Notes under the pieces: generated by a model | Databases searched by the model: none | What the model saw: only the letters and a program-made list of their open reading frames with translations | Told to the model about the DNA's origin: nothing | From: a virus | Lineage: Duplodnaviria; Caudoviricetes | Reading direction: 5' to 3' (one strand) | Virus record (IMG/VR): IMGVR_UViG_3300010234_000027 | Coordinates: 1-40,794 of that record | DNA: 40,794 bases | Shown: piece by piece, positions 1-10,095 of the stretch | Position numbering within the stretch: the stretch's first letter is position 1 | Layout: the number at the start of each line of letters is the position of its first letter | Program-made: the position numbers and the translations under genes

Positions 1-3000
1 TATATGCATCAGATCCTGTACCAAAGTATGCGTAGTAGCTATCGTCGAAAATTATATTTGCACCAGACATTGCAATGTCTGTTTCTGGAACGATTTCTCC
101 ACCTCCGTAAATACCTAGGTTAATACCATCAAAATAAATATATGCATCAGATCCTGTACCGAAGTATGCGTATTCGTTGTCATCAAATATGATACTATTT
201 CCGTTAACATCTAAATCACCACCAAGTTGCGGAGTCGTGTCTTCCACAAGGTTTGATATACCACCACCTGCATTAGAAACCAACTCAAACTCATCGTTTG
301 TTGCATTATAAGCAACCACATATCCATCTGATGGTGTGGTGAACTCTGCTATTGGCATTGAAACTATTCCTTGTTCTTCTGCTCCGTAGAATTTGATTAC
401 ATCTGTAGTAAAGTCTGTAACCAGTGTATCGAGGGCTATTTCACCATCTGCGTTTACGGTTGGTGTGTCAGAGTTTGGTATTTCAAATGAATCACTTCCT
501 CCAAAGTCATATGTTCCTGTTGCCCCTGTTAATCCTGTTATTGCATCTATTGAACCGTCAGATGCTACCTGGAAGAGGTCTCCGTTTCCTACCGTTAGCA
601 TTGCTGCTGGTGAGGAGTCTCCGATACCTACGTCTCCATTTGAGTCAATTCTGAAAGATTCAACTGGTGCGGTACTTGCTCCAATTGGAGCTCTTCTAAT
701 CTTAAAAGCATCTTGACCTGAGCGAGGATCTATCAAAAACTCCCAATAAGGCAAAGTCGCGTCATCATGATCATAGTTAGATCCTGATCCAGAATAAACC
801 CCATTAGCAGAAAAAGTTATTAACCCTCCTGGATTTCCTGCTGAAGTCAGTCTTCCTTTTGAAGTAGCTCCGCCAGCGTTATTATGAATAATAATAGCCT
901 CATTAGCTGGGTCAGTAAATGTTAACAACAGGCTTCCGTCTAAGATTTCCAATGATTCAGAGGGAGTCGCTGTCCCGATACCTACATTACCATCTGCTTT
1001 CGCAACAAATACAGACGTTGAATCCGCCTGTAAATCCATTAATAATGAATCTGCATCAGATGCTGTATTAGTAACATCTAACTTAAGAGCCGTTGGAGCA
1101 CCTGTCGTATTCCATGTTTGAGCTAAGTTAAGTGTTCCCACTGCTCCTGAGCCTGTTTGGGTAGTTCCAAGGACATCTAATGCGGTTGTAGGACTTGTTT
1201 CTCCAATCCCAACATTCCCATTATTAAAGATAAAGTCTCCAGACCCTACTGCTTGTGAATCGAATTGGAAGTCTGTTCCATCATAGCTAATTGATGCGTC
1301 TGATCCAGTACCAAAGAACACACTCTGGCTGTCAGCCATGATGATGTTGTTTGCTCCTGATGTGTTTCCTCCTGCTAGTATTTCAGATAGGGTGTCGGCT
1401 CCTGCTGCTGTTGCGTCTACGTAGGCTTTGATTGATTGTTGTGTTGCTAGAGCTGTAGCAGAGTCTGATCCCATTGCGTCTTCGTCGAGGATTGTGGTTA
1501 CAGAAGCGTTTGCTCCTCCTAGTTGTAATGAACCTGCTCCGTTAAATGATAGTAGTGTTGTGCCTGTGTTGTTTAGTACCTCAAAACTTGTTGCACTAGT
1601 ATCTGTCCCTAATTGCATTGCAGTTGTTCCTGTGGCGTTAGTATTATCCACAATCAAATCACCTGTTGCTGATGTTGCAACAGTATTTGTTCCATTATGG
1701 GTAATATTAAAGTCAGAACCTGCCCCTAGGGTTATTGCTGTAGAATCTGCGTTGAGCGTTACGTTACCTGAGGAGTCTACTTGGAAGAGGTCGCCTGAAC
1801 CTACAGTGAGGAGGGCTGCTGGAGAGGTGTCGCCGATACCGATATTTCCAGTCCCAAGAACCGTTAACCTTTGAGAGTTATTGGTCCAAATACTATACGG
1901 AATATTTGCATCAGTATACGCATATCCTCCTCCGGCAAATGCGGACGCAGCACTTCCAGCTCCCAAATAAATATTTCCTGAGTCGTTTGTTAATCTTACC
2001 CCAGCTCTGGCGAATGAGCTTGTATTTGGGTTTTGTATATATGCATACGTACCTGCGGCTTGATTTTTTACGATATCAAGAACGTTTCCTGGCGTAGCTG
2101 TCCCAATACCAACATCTCCTGAAGCATCAACCTCAAAAAGGTTTGTTCCAGTATTGTTTAACACCTGGAATGCGGTGGCATCAGTATCAGTTCCCAATTG
2201 GAATTGTGTAGCTCCTGTGGCAAAAGTGTTGTCAAAGAGGGTGTCTGTTCCATCATGTGATATTGAAAAGTCTGATCCCGTTCCGAAATAGATGATGTCA
2301 TTATCAGCCACAATAATATTATTTCCATTTGATTCTAGATCTCCTCCGAGTTGCGGGGTTGTGTCCACCACAACAGAAGATATACCTGAAGCCGCTGTAA
2401 AGGCTGCTCCATCATATACATAGAGAACATCATTTGTTGTGTCGTATGCGATATCTCCTTCTGCTGTTCCTGTTACTGCAACTGGTGCCCCTGCATTTGT
2501 TGGAAGATTTAATCCAACATTGTTTGCATGAGCTGCTGTCTCGACACGCCCTGTTGTTGTTACATCTCCTGCCCCGTCAATAGTGAATAATGTTGTCCCT
2601 GTATTATTGAGTATTTCAAAACTTGTAGCTGATGTATCTGTACCAAGCTGAAATTCTGTTGTTCCTGTTGCAAAGGTGTTGTCAAAGGTTGTATCTGTCC
2701 CGTCGTGTAAAATTGTGAAATCAGAACCTGTTCCTAGGGCAATACTCTGACTATCGGTAATCGTTAACCCTCCTGCAGATAATGCTAATGTTCCGCTTGA
2801 ATCTAATCTCATCATCTCAGTTGCTGCTCCAGATAGCCCTGTAGCAAACACTAAATCAGTGTCATTAGTTGATGCATCAAAGGTATCATCTGCTTCTGCC
2901 CAAATTGAGGCACCAACAAGAATAGCGTCTGTACCATCAGACTCTAGTGGTGCGTTAAAGTCTATTTGCCCCAGGATGTCTCCGTCTACTACGGTGAGTT

Positions 3001-6000
3001 CTGCTGTTGAGAGGGTTGTTGTTCCTGCGACTCCTGCTTCACCCCTTACTTCTAGATGTGATTGAGGTGTAGCCGTTGAATTAATAGCAACATTTTGATA
3101 AAAATTAGCAGCTCCAGTTGACTCGTTGTTTTGCATTACGGTAAATGCATTATTGTTTGTATTAATGTATGAAGTCTTTGTTATCCCTATTTGAGCATTG
3201 TTTGCAAAAATTCCTCCAGTTTTATTTACACTGAATTTAGTTGACGAATCAACTTGTAAATCCATCAAGAGACTTGAAGCGTTAGACGCCGTATCGGTTA
3301 CATCTAATTTAATCGCTGTCGGAGCCCCTGTCGTATTCCAAGTTTGGGTAAGATCAATTAAAGAATCAGCTTTTGAGCCTGAACCAGCTAGGTAAGTGTC
3401 TGCCATTATTAGAGAACCAGCAGTTGTCTGTATAGCTCTATAATCAGCCGCATCAGCTAATGTAGGATTAATATGAATCCCCCTTGTTATACCTGTTCCA
3501 CCACCTGTTTGGGTTATGGTTGGAAATATATCTACATAATCACGGTAAATCGTCCCTGTAGATGTTAGGTCTGCTTTAACTCCGATAATAGACCCTGATA
3601 TATTAGAAATAGAGGTGTCAAATGCGAACCCACCTTCTGCCGCCTCTGCATTGTTTTTAACCGTTAATGTATTATAAAGGTTGGTGAGTATTATCTTTTT
3701 ACCACTACCACCATTGGCGTTAATTGAGGTGTGGACAGACATATCAATATTGTTACCCGTGTCCTTTCCAATTATTACCCCCGATGCATCTACTGAAAGT
3801 ACGCTAGAGCTATCTACCTGTAAGTCCATCAAAAGAGATGCTGAATCAGAAGCTGTATTAGTAACATCTAATTTAATAGCAGTTGGAGCCCCTGTTGTGT
3901 TCCAAGTTTGAGCTAGGTTAAGTGTTCCATCTGCATCGGAACCTGTTTGAGTAGTACCTAATACCTCCAATTTGTTTGCTGTTGCTGCTGTTCCGATACC
4001 CAAACCACCCTCTTCCGCTAATTCAAGTAAGGTATTGTTAGAACTATCCATTATAATAAGCGGATCTGTCCCTGAATATGTCTTGATGTTCAATTTATGG
4101 ACAATGGATGAAGGATCTCCCATTATTATGTTTCCATTATTATTTCTGTTTAGGTAAAGTTTATTTGCTGTTATTTGATGCCCCCCGTTATACCCAGTAA
4201 ACGTTCCTGTACCTCCTGCGTCAGAAACAGTAAAGGTATTACCACTCCCCCCACCAGTTACTGTAGTATTCCTATTCGAATTTATTTTAAATGCAGTTGA
4301 GCCATCCACCTGTACGTCCATCAAAAGAGATGCTGAATCTGAAGCTGTATTAGTCACATCTAACTTAAGAGCCGTTGGAGCACCTGTCGTATTCCATGTT
4401 TGAGCTAAGTTAAGTGTTCCCACTGCTCCTGAGCCTGTTTGGGTAGTTCCAAGGACATCTAATGCGGTTGTAGGACTTGTTTCTCCAATCCCAACATTCC
4501 CATTATTAAAGATAAAGTCTCCAGACCCTACTGCTTGTGAATCGAATTGGAAGTCTGTTCCATCATAGCTAATTGATGCGTCTGATCCAGTACCAAAGAA
4601 CACACTCTGGCTGTCAGCCATGATGATGTTGTTTGCTCCTGATGTGTTTCCTCCTGCTAGTATTTCAGATAGGGTGTCGGCTCCTGCTGCTGTTGCGTCT
4701 ACGTAGGCTTTGATTGATTGTTGTGTTGCTAGAGCTGTAGCAGAGTCTGATCCCATTGCGTCTTCGTCGAGGATGGTTGTTACTCCTACTCCGCTACCTA
4801 TGGTTAGGGTACCATCGTCTAAAATCTCAAGAGCATCTGTTCCTGAGCTGTTTTCTACGAGTAATGCTGCTGTTCCTGATGTTGACCCTGAACCTTTGAT
4901 ATGAACCCTTGCTAGTGGGGTCGTACCATGCCCTAGTCCTGTATCACCAGATAGGACATGGACAAAATTCTCGGTTCTTGTAGATCCACTATTGGTAGAC
5001 CATCCAAGGAAGAACCCACTGGTTCGAGCCATCAACCCAACCTGCCAAGTTGCAGTTTGATTAGCTTCAATTACAACCCCGCTACCAAAGGTATCATTAG
5101 ATCCGAGGTAAAGAGGTGGCTTATAAGCTCCACCCCAATAGGTAGAGTCTGAATTAATGAGTCGAGTAATACCATTAGCTTTAACATTAAATACACTTGC
5201 GCTGTCTGCCTGTAAGTCCATCAAAAGAGATGCTGCATCAGATGCTGTATTAGTAACATCTAATTTAATTGCTGTAGGAGCTCCTGTTGTATTCCATGTT
5301 TGAGCTAGGTTAAGTGTGCCTACAGCTCCTGAGCCTGTTTGGGTAGCTCCAACTATATCTAGTTTTGTTGTTGGGTTTGTTATCCCGATACCTACGTTTT
5401 GCGATGTGTCAATGACCATGGCTTGAGAATAACCATTAGTTCTAATGTACAGAGAGCCCGTATTAGCATCTATATAAGCATCACTACCAGAAGCCTGCAT
5501 CCTTATTCCAGGGGTGGTTGATACACCAGCCCTAATTGTTAATCTCCCAGCTACTTGCAAATTATCAGTCGCCCCACTACTACCAACAATGCCACCAAAC
5601 AATCCCTTACCAGCTACGTCTAATTCATCCTGTGGGGTGTTTGTCCCTATCCCAACCCTACCATTGGCCTCATCAAGATAAAGTAATGTTGCATTAGCAC
5701 TTGTTTCAAATTCTACATCTACTGCTGATGTCATTGTATAGAGTGAAGAAGCTGTGTTAGTAGAATCAGCCGATGTGTTCGCAAGTGTATTTACAACACC
5801 CGATGAATCAATCCATTTAAGCCCTGTTGTCTCTGTACTATCTGCCACAAGAACTTGACCGTCAGTACCTACCCCCAATCGTGCATCTGCTGTGTCGTAT
5901 GTGTAAAGATCACCCTTAGTTGTAAGCGGTGATACACTACCTCCTGATCCAGGAATCCAAGTGTTTGTAGATGCTTGGTATATAAGAGCTTCTCCGTCTG

Positions 6001-6595
6001 CTACACCAGAAACAACCACGTCATGTAGTTGATACAAGTTACGTGCTGTTGAACCTCCCATACCGTTTTTAATTTTCTTCTCAATCCCGTCTATTCGTAT
6101 CTTTGTGTCTTCTGGTAGTGTTATCCCTCCTATTTGACCCTCAAGGTCTTTCCTTAGAAGGCTTTCACGCTCCTCTATTTGCTTTAAAGCCTTTTCTGAA
6201 AGCTCTTGAGGTATCTCTTGTACCATTTCAGTGATGGTATGAGTGATTTCTTTTTGCTTTGCAGCCATTACCTTCTTAGTTTCTCTTTTTAACTCCTCTT
6301 TCACCTTATCAAGCTCTTTTAGAGAATCCCTTACTTCTGATACGGCTGAATCAAACTCTTTATTATATGAATCATTATCAGAACGCATTAACTTATGCTC
6401 AGAAACAACCTTATTTAGCAGCTCGTTAGCAATATCCTTGGTCTCTTTAGTTAAATTGATGTTATCTTTCTTAAAAGAGTCCATGATTAAAACAACACCT
6501 CTCAGTATTTCCTTGATTTGCTCTTGAGTTACTATTTTACCAGCTACCATACTCTTAAGGAGTTGGTTCAGTGCCTTGTTGTTGTTTTTTTTCAT
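1..6595 (-). CDS. Giant modular tail fibre/adhesin-like protein (>2198 aa, 3'-truncated at window edge)
   Basis: ATG at 6595 (MKKNNNKALNQLLKSMV...). The same frame still reads ...IFDDSYYAYFGTGSDAY at positions 52-2, and the ORF track lists no stop-terminated minus ORF here. Coiled-coil N-terminus, then repeated GNVGIGxxxP, FGTGSD and LAQTWNTTGAPTAxKLDVT modules. Confidence 0.85.
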   Translation of the reverse strand, partial: MKKNNNKALNQLLKSMVAGKIVTQEQIKEILRGVVLIMDSFKKDNINLTKETKDIANELLNKVVSEHKLMRSDNDSYNKEFDSAVSEVRDSLKELDKVKEELKRETKKVMAAKQKEITHTITEMVQEIPQELSEKALKQIEERESLLRKDLEGQIGGITLPEDTKIRIDGIEKKIKNGMGGSTARNLYQLHDVVVSGVADGEALIYQASTNTWIPGSGGSVSPLTTKGDLYTYDTADARLGVGTDGQVLVADSTETTGLKWIDSSGVVNTLANTSADSTNTASSLYTMTSAVDVEFETSANATLLYLDEANGRVGIGTNTPQDELDVAGKGLFGGIVGSSGATDNLQVAGRLTIRAGVSTTPGIRMQASGSDAYIDANTGSLYIRTNGYSQAMVIDTSQNVGIGITNPTTKLDIVGATQTGSGAVGTLNLAQTWNTTGAPTAIKLDVTNTASDAASLLMDLQADSASVFNVKANGITRLINSDSTYWGGAYKPPLYLGSNDTFGSGVVIEANQTATWQVGLMARTSGFFLGWSTNSGSTRTENFVHVLSGDTGLGHGTTPLARVHIKGSGSTSGTAALLVENSSGTDALEILDDGTLTIGSGVGVTTILDEDAMGSDSATALATQQSIKAYVDATAAGADTLSEILAGGNTSGANNIIMADSQSVFFGTGSDASISYDGTDFQFDSQAVGSGDFIFNNGNVGIGETSPTTALDVLGTTQTGSGAVGTLNLAQTWNTTGAPTALKLDVTNTASDSASLLMDVQVDGSTAFKINSNRNTTVTGGGSGNTFTVSDAGGTGTFTGYNGGHQITANKLYLNRNNNGNIIMGDPSSIVHKLNIKTYSGTDPLIIMDSSNNTLLELAEEGGLGIGTAATANKLEVLGTTQTGSDADGTLNLAQTWNTTGAPTAIKLDVTNTASDSASLLMDLQVDSSSVLSVDASGVIIGKDTGNNIDMSVHTSINANGGSGKKIILTNLYNTLTVKNNAEAAEGGFAFDTSISNISGSIIGVKADLTSTGTIYRDYVDIFPTITQTGGGTGITRGIHINPTLADAADYRAIQTTAGSLIMADTYLAGSGSKADSLIDLTQTWNTTGAPTAIKLDVTDTASNASSLLMDLQVDSSTKFSVNKTGGIFANNAQIGITKTSYINTNNNAFTVMQNNESTGAANFYQNVAINSTATPQSHLEVRGEAGVAGTTTLSTAELTVVDGDILGQIDFNAPLESDGTDAILVGASIWAEADDTFDASTNDTDLVFATGLSGAATEMMRLDSSGTLALSAGGLTITDSQSIALGTGSDFTILHDGTDTTFDNTFATGTTEFQLGTDTSATSFEILNNTGTTLFTIDGAGDVTTTGRVETAAHANNVGLNLPTNAGAPVAVTGTAEGDIAYDTTNDVLYVYDGAAFTAASGISSVVVDTTPQLGGDLESNGNNIIVADNDIIYFGTGSDFSISHDGTDTLFDNTFATGATQFQLGTDTDATAFQVLNNTGTNLFEVDASGDVGIGTATPGNVLDIVKNQAAGTYAYIQNPNTSSFARAGVRLTNDSGNIYLGAGSAASAFAGGGYAYTDANIPYSIWTNNSQRLTVLGTGNIGIGDTSPAALLTVGSGDLFQVDSSGNVTLNADSTAITLGAGSDFNITHNGTNTVATSATGDLIVDNTNATGTTAMQLGTDTSATSFEVLNNTGTTLLSFNGAGSLQLGGANASVTTILDEDAMGSDSATALATQQSIKAYVDATAAGADTLSEILAGGNTSGANNIIMADSQSVFFGTGSDASISYDGTDFQFDSQAVGSGDFIFNNGNVGIGETSPTTALDVLGTTQTGSGAVGTLNLAQTWNTTGAPTALKLDVTNTASDADSLLMDLQADSTSVFVAKADGNVGIGTATPSESLEILDGSLLLTFTDPANEAIIIHNNAGGATSKGRLTSAGNPGGLITFSANGVYSGSGSNYDHDDATLPYWEFLIDPRSGQDAFKIRRAPIGASTAPVESFRIDSNGDVGIGDSSPAAMLTVGNGDLFQVASDGSIDAITGLTGATGTYDFGGSDSFEIPNSDTPTVNADGEIALDTLVTDFTTDVIKFYGAEEQGIVSMPIAEFTTPSDGYVVAYNATNDEFELVSNAGGGISNLVEDTTPQLGGDLDVNGNSIIFDDNEYAYFGTGSDAYIYFDGINLGIYGGGEIVPETDIAMSGANIIFDDSYYAYFGTGSDAY
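1074..1492. repeat. 419-bp direct repeat, copy 1 (identical to 4356-4774)
   Basis: Base-by-base match by eye; offset 3282 bp = 1094 codons (in frame). Confidence 0.95.
4356..4785. repeat. 419-bp direct repeat, copy 2; 4694-4785 also matches the window end 40703-40794
   Basis: 4356-4774 is identical to 1074-1492; 92-bp match with one mismatch to the contig end. Confidence 0.95.
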
Positions 6596-6630
6596 ATGTT
6601 TATTATACCACGTTATTGCTAATTGTTATA

Positions 6631-7443
6631 TTACTGGACACTGGCTAAATAACCTTGAATATCCCCATTTGTTTCTTGTCCTGTCGTACTTGATAGGGCT
6701 GTAAGTCTTACATCTGCATTTTTAGGGACTATTACATACGGGTTGTATTCCCTTTTTGTATCATTTCCTGTTTGAAAAACGATTGGTTTTGCTTTAATTT
6801 TCCATACTCCACCACTTTCTCGAACTTCTAATTGAACCTCTGTTGTGTTTGACCCAGTTTTTTCAAGGGAACCACCTGAAAATCCTGTAACAATCCAGTA
6901 ATCTGTTGAAGATAAGGATGTAGATGCCTTTCTTGACTGATTTTGAGCAGCAGGAACCGTTAAATGAATCTTAGCAGTATCAGTTGGTTTTCCTCCTGTA
7001 AGAGATGTGTTTTCATATACATAAATCTCACCGATATTATCAGTTGAACCATTTACAGAAACTCTATTAATCCTGTTTAGGGCTGTCGTTAAGGCAACTC
7101 TAGTACGCCCATCAGAGGCATCAGTAGACACATTTTGTACTACAAAAGTTTTATTGCCTCCTGTTTCAGTGTGTCCCTCAACTCTTAAAGATAGAGAGGT
7201 GTCGCCAACATTGTTGGTACTAAATGAATCAATACTATTAGTATTTGCAGCCACATATGTTTCATTTGCATCATCTTGTCCTGTATACCAAATTGTCGCT
7301 CGTGAAGTGCCAACATTGGAATTAAATCCAAATTTGATAAGGTCTTTTTTCTTTGCATCAACGCTAACGGTGTCCCCGTAAGTATCAAAAATTACGTCTT
7401 GTGCGTGTTTTATTTTCCAATCTAATTGTTGTGTTGTTCCCAT
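6631..7443 (-). CDS. Putative virion structural protein (beta-rich)
   Basis: ORF in the structural operon; likely start MGTTQQ at 7443 just after the upstream stop; Thr/Ser/Gly-rich. Confidence 0.6.
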   Translation of the reverse strand: MGTTQQLDWKIKHAQDVIFDTYGDTVSVDAKKKDLIKFGFNSNVGTSRATIWYTGQDDANETYVAANTNSIDSFSTNNVGDTSLSLRVEGHTETGGNKTFVVQNVSTDASDGRTRVALTTALNRINRVSVNGSTDNIGEIYVYENTSLTGGKPTDTAKIHLTVPAAQNQSRKASTSLSSTDYWIVTGFSGGSLEKTGSNTTEVQLEVRESGGVWKIKAKPIVFQTGNDTKREYNPYVIVPKNADVRLTALSSTTGQETNGDIQGYLASVQ

Positions 7444-7453
7444 AATAATATTG

Positions 7454-8344
7454 TTATCCGATAATGAACCAATTACTCCCATCTGAATACAGGATCAACC
7501 AGTCATAATTTCCATTGATTACCCAAGTTGAGTCTCCGTCAATAGTCTCTGACCCCTCTGTGTCTATAGTGATGTTATTTGTCCCAGCATTGCCACCTGC
7601 GTCCTTAATAGTTATTGTTCGTCCAGCAGTAGCTTGTGCTGTTGGTAGCGTCAATGACGTTACCGCCCCAGTTGTTGTGTAGGTTACATGCAAGATTGAA
7701 TCTGTTACAAGTAAATCATACGTTGCTGCGTTTACTGTAGTTGGTAATATGGAATTAAATTCCTGGGGTGTTACATTATCCCATCTACCTGTTGATGAAT
7801 TATATTGGAGAATGTCGTTATCTGAAATACCTGCAACGTTTACGTCAAATAATTGATATAGATTGCGTGCTGTAGAACCTCCCAATCCCTCTTTGAGCTT
7901 CTTTAGCTTCCCGTCAAACTCCATCATTACGTCTTCTGGTAGTACGAAGTCTTCAATGTTAGCGTCCTTACCGTCAATTCCGTCTTTTCCGTCTTTTCCG
8001 TCAAGACCATCTTTTCCGTCTTTTCCATCAAGACCGTCTCTACCGTCTTTTCCATCCTTACCGTCAACTCCATCCTTACCATCCTTACCATCTTCTCCAT
8101 CCTCACCGTCATTTCCATCTGTAGGTCGTATCTCTAGCTCTGCTTTAATCTCATTTATAGACTCTTTAACTACCTGAATTTCGTCAATAGCTCTTTCTTC
8201 TGCTGTTAGGTCTAGTTTACTCTCCACACCTTGAGCACTTTGCTGAACTAATGCAACAAACTTACTAAGGTCACCCTTAGATGCAGTACCCTTTCTCACG
8301 TTAGATAGGATTTGATTTAATTTTGGTGATTTTCTATTTGGCAT
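7454..8344 (-). CDS. Collagen-like (G-K-D repeat) fibre protein
   Basis: About 17 GXD triplets (GKDGKDGVDGKD...), a GGSTARNLYQL motif and a C-terminal LTLP-type beta domain. Confidence 0.8.
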   Translation of the reverse strand: MPNRKSPKLNQILSNVRKGTASKGDLSKFVALVQQSAQGVESKLDLTAEERAIDEIQVVKESINEIKAELEIRPTDGNDGEDGEDGKDGKDGVDGKDGKDGRDGLDGKDGKDGLDGKDGKDGIDGKDANIEDFVLPEDVMMEFDGKLKKLKEGLGGSTARNLYQLFDVNVAGISDNDILQYNSSTGRWDNVTPQEFNSILPTTVNAATYDLLVTDSILHVTYTTTGAVTSLTLPTAQATAGRTITIKDAGGNAGTNNITIDTEGSETIDGDSTWVINGNYDWLILYSDGSNWFIIG

Positions 8345-8382
8345 GTTGCTTGTTTCTTCTAAATGTGGTTATATATGGGTAT

Positions 8383-8490
8383 ATGATACAATTCTTCATT
8401 TGGATATTGGGTGCTATTTTAACACTATGGGTGGTGGTAACTGGTTTTTTTCTAGTTACTTCCTTTATTATTAGTCTTTTTGAGGATTAA
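8383..8490 (+). CDS. Small antisense-oriented single-TM membrane peptide (35 aa)
   Basis: MIQFFIWILGAILTLWVVVTGFFLVTSFIISLFED fills the intergenic gap; TTGCTT...TATATA promoter-like sequence upstream. Confidence 0.55.
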   Translation: MIQFFIWILGAILTLWVVVTGFFLVTSFIISLFED

Positions 8491-10094
8491 TCTCCGAAGA
8501 TATTAATTATTGACTTAACTAATGCAGCTCTAGCTGGGTCTTTTAGACCTTGTAAGGTCTGCACTAGTTTTGATTGCTGTACGTTAGATAGTTTCTGTAA
8601 ACTTGAGGCTAATCTGGTTGCATCTGAAGGGTCTATAATTCCCGCTGTGAGTTTGGTTATAATTTCAAATGGATTAAATCCTTCCGAACCTACCTTGAAG
8701 GGTTCAGCGACTACTCGCCTCACAGCTTCTTCTGCTCTAAACTCACTAGGCTCTAACCCTATCTTAGTCAAGAAGTCATCTACATTTTCAGCTCCTATGT
8801 CTGATTTCTTTAATAATGCCTTGATCTTCTCAGACGCTTTTTGGAATTCTGTTAAGTTTTTACCTTTAAATTTAAGTTTTCCTAGTGTGTTCTCTATAGC
8901 TTCTGCTAACTGAACTTCATTAGAGAACTTTTGGTTAATAGCTTTCAATTCTGGTACAGCACTTTTGAACGCCTTGTCTAAATCTCCCATAAAAGCATTA
9001 AATGCTAACTTATCTGAATCTGCTCCTGGATTTTTAAACTTTTTGAGTTCAATTTGTTTAACCATGTCTCGTACCCCCTTTCCGCTCTTGTCTTTAAATG
9101 AATTTAATGTACTAATTAACCCAGAAGCTCTTTTTCTTATTGAAGGAGATAGAAATTCAGCATCATCAAGATTCAACCTACCATCTGTTATATCTATCCC
9201 ATGTTTAGGTAAAATATCCTTAACTGATTTTCGTATACCAGTAATATCTGCTTTTGTTTCTTTTAGACCCTCTAGGGCTTTCCTGAACTCTGCCCCTGCG
9301 TCTTTCCTTATCTTCCCTAACCCATTTGTTATTTTTTTAGTATTTTCTGTAAGCACCGCTGTTAATTCGGCTTTTTGTTTTGGTTTAAGTGCCTTCAGTG
9401 CATCATCAATGGCTTGCGGATTCTCTGCAATTTCTTCGATTGGAGCGCCTAGCCCAGCCAAAAGATTCTTCACTATCTTCCCAGTCTTTTTTGTAATAAG
9501 ACCAACCGCCTTACCTCCTATCGGTAGTAATATTTCAGCTGCACCAGCAATAGCTGTTTCTTTTCCAATTTCACCCTCTTGAATACTTGCCACACCTCCA
9601 GAAGTCGTTGCTCTTGTTCCTAGTTTACGAGCTAGGCTTGCTCCTCTACCTGCTTTAACAACCTTACTTCCAGGTACAGCAAATTCACCAACCTGCTCTA
9701 CAAATTTACCAGCTTTTTCAGCTCCTGTTTGAGCCTCTAGTATTTCCTCTGCTCTAATGTTCGCCGCAGTTCCTTTTGTGAATATATCAGCTGTATCCAG
9801 CCCTTCCCCTGTTACAGATGTTAGTAGGCGATCAAGTGTTGCTTGACCTATCTTTGTCCCTAGCTCACCTGCACCCTTTACCGTTGAAAGTAAACCTTTC
9901 GTAAATCCAGTTGCAAATCCTTTTAATCCAGTTTCGCCTGCTGGTTGTTGTGTTCTGATACTAGACAAATCGATACCCTCAGCCTCAGCCTCACTATCAA
10001 AAGACCCATTTACAAGACTTTGGGTAAATTGTATTGAATCTGCGTCATTTGGATTTGACCTTGCATATTGAATTTTTTGTTTTAGTGTTGCCAT
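8487..10094 (-). CDS. Probable internal virion/DNA ejection protein
   Basis: 535 aa, helical, Ala/Gly/Lys-rich with glycine-zipper-like segments; lies after the nozzle-like gene as in podovirus gene order. Confidence 0.55.
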   Translation of the reverse strand: MATLKQKIQYARSNPNDADSIQFTQSLVNGSFDSEAEAEGIDLSSIRTQQPAGETGLKGFATGFTKGLLSTVKGAGELGTKIGQATLDRLLTSVTGEGLDTADIFTKGTAANIRAEEILEAQTGAEKAGKFVEQVGEFAVPGSKVVKAGRGASLARKLGTRATTSGGVASIQEGEIGKETAIAGAAEILLPIGGKAVGLITKKTGKIVKNLLAGLGAPIEEIAENPQAIDDALKALKPKQKAELTAVLTENTKKITNGLGKIRKDAGAEFRKALEGLKETKADITGIRKSVKDILPKHGIDITDGRLNLDDAEFLSPSIRKRASGLISTLNSFKDKSGKGVRDMVKQIELKKFKNPGADSDKLAFNAFMGDLDKAFKSAVPELKAINQKFSNEVQLAEAIENTLGKLKFKGKNLTEFQKASEKIKALLKKSDIGAENVDDFLTKIGLEPSEFRAEEAVRRVVAEPFKVGSEGFNPFEIITKLTAGIIDPSDATRLASSLQKLSNVQQSKLVQTLQGLKDPARAALVKSIINIFGD

Positions 10095-10095
10095 G

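Noticed and set aside
1074-4774. Diversity-generating retroelement template/variable repeat pair
   Set aside because: The copies are identical rather than differing at adenines, both are coding, and no reverse transcriptase is present.
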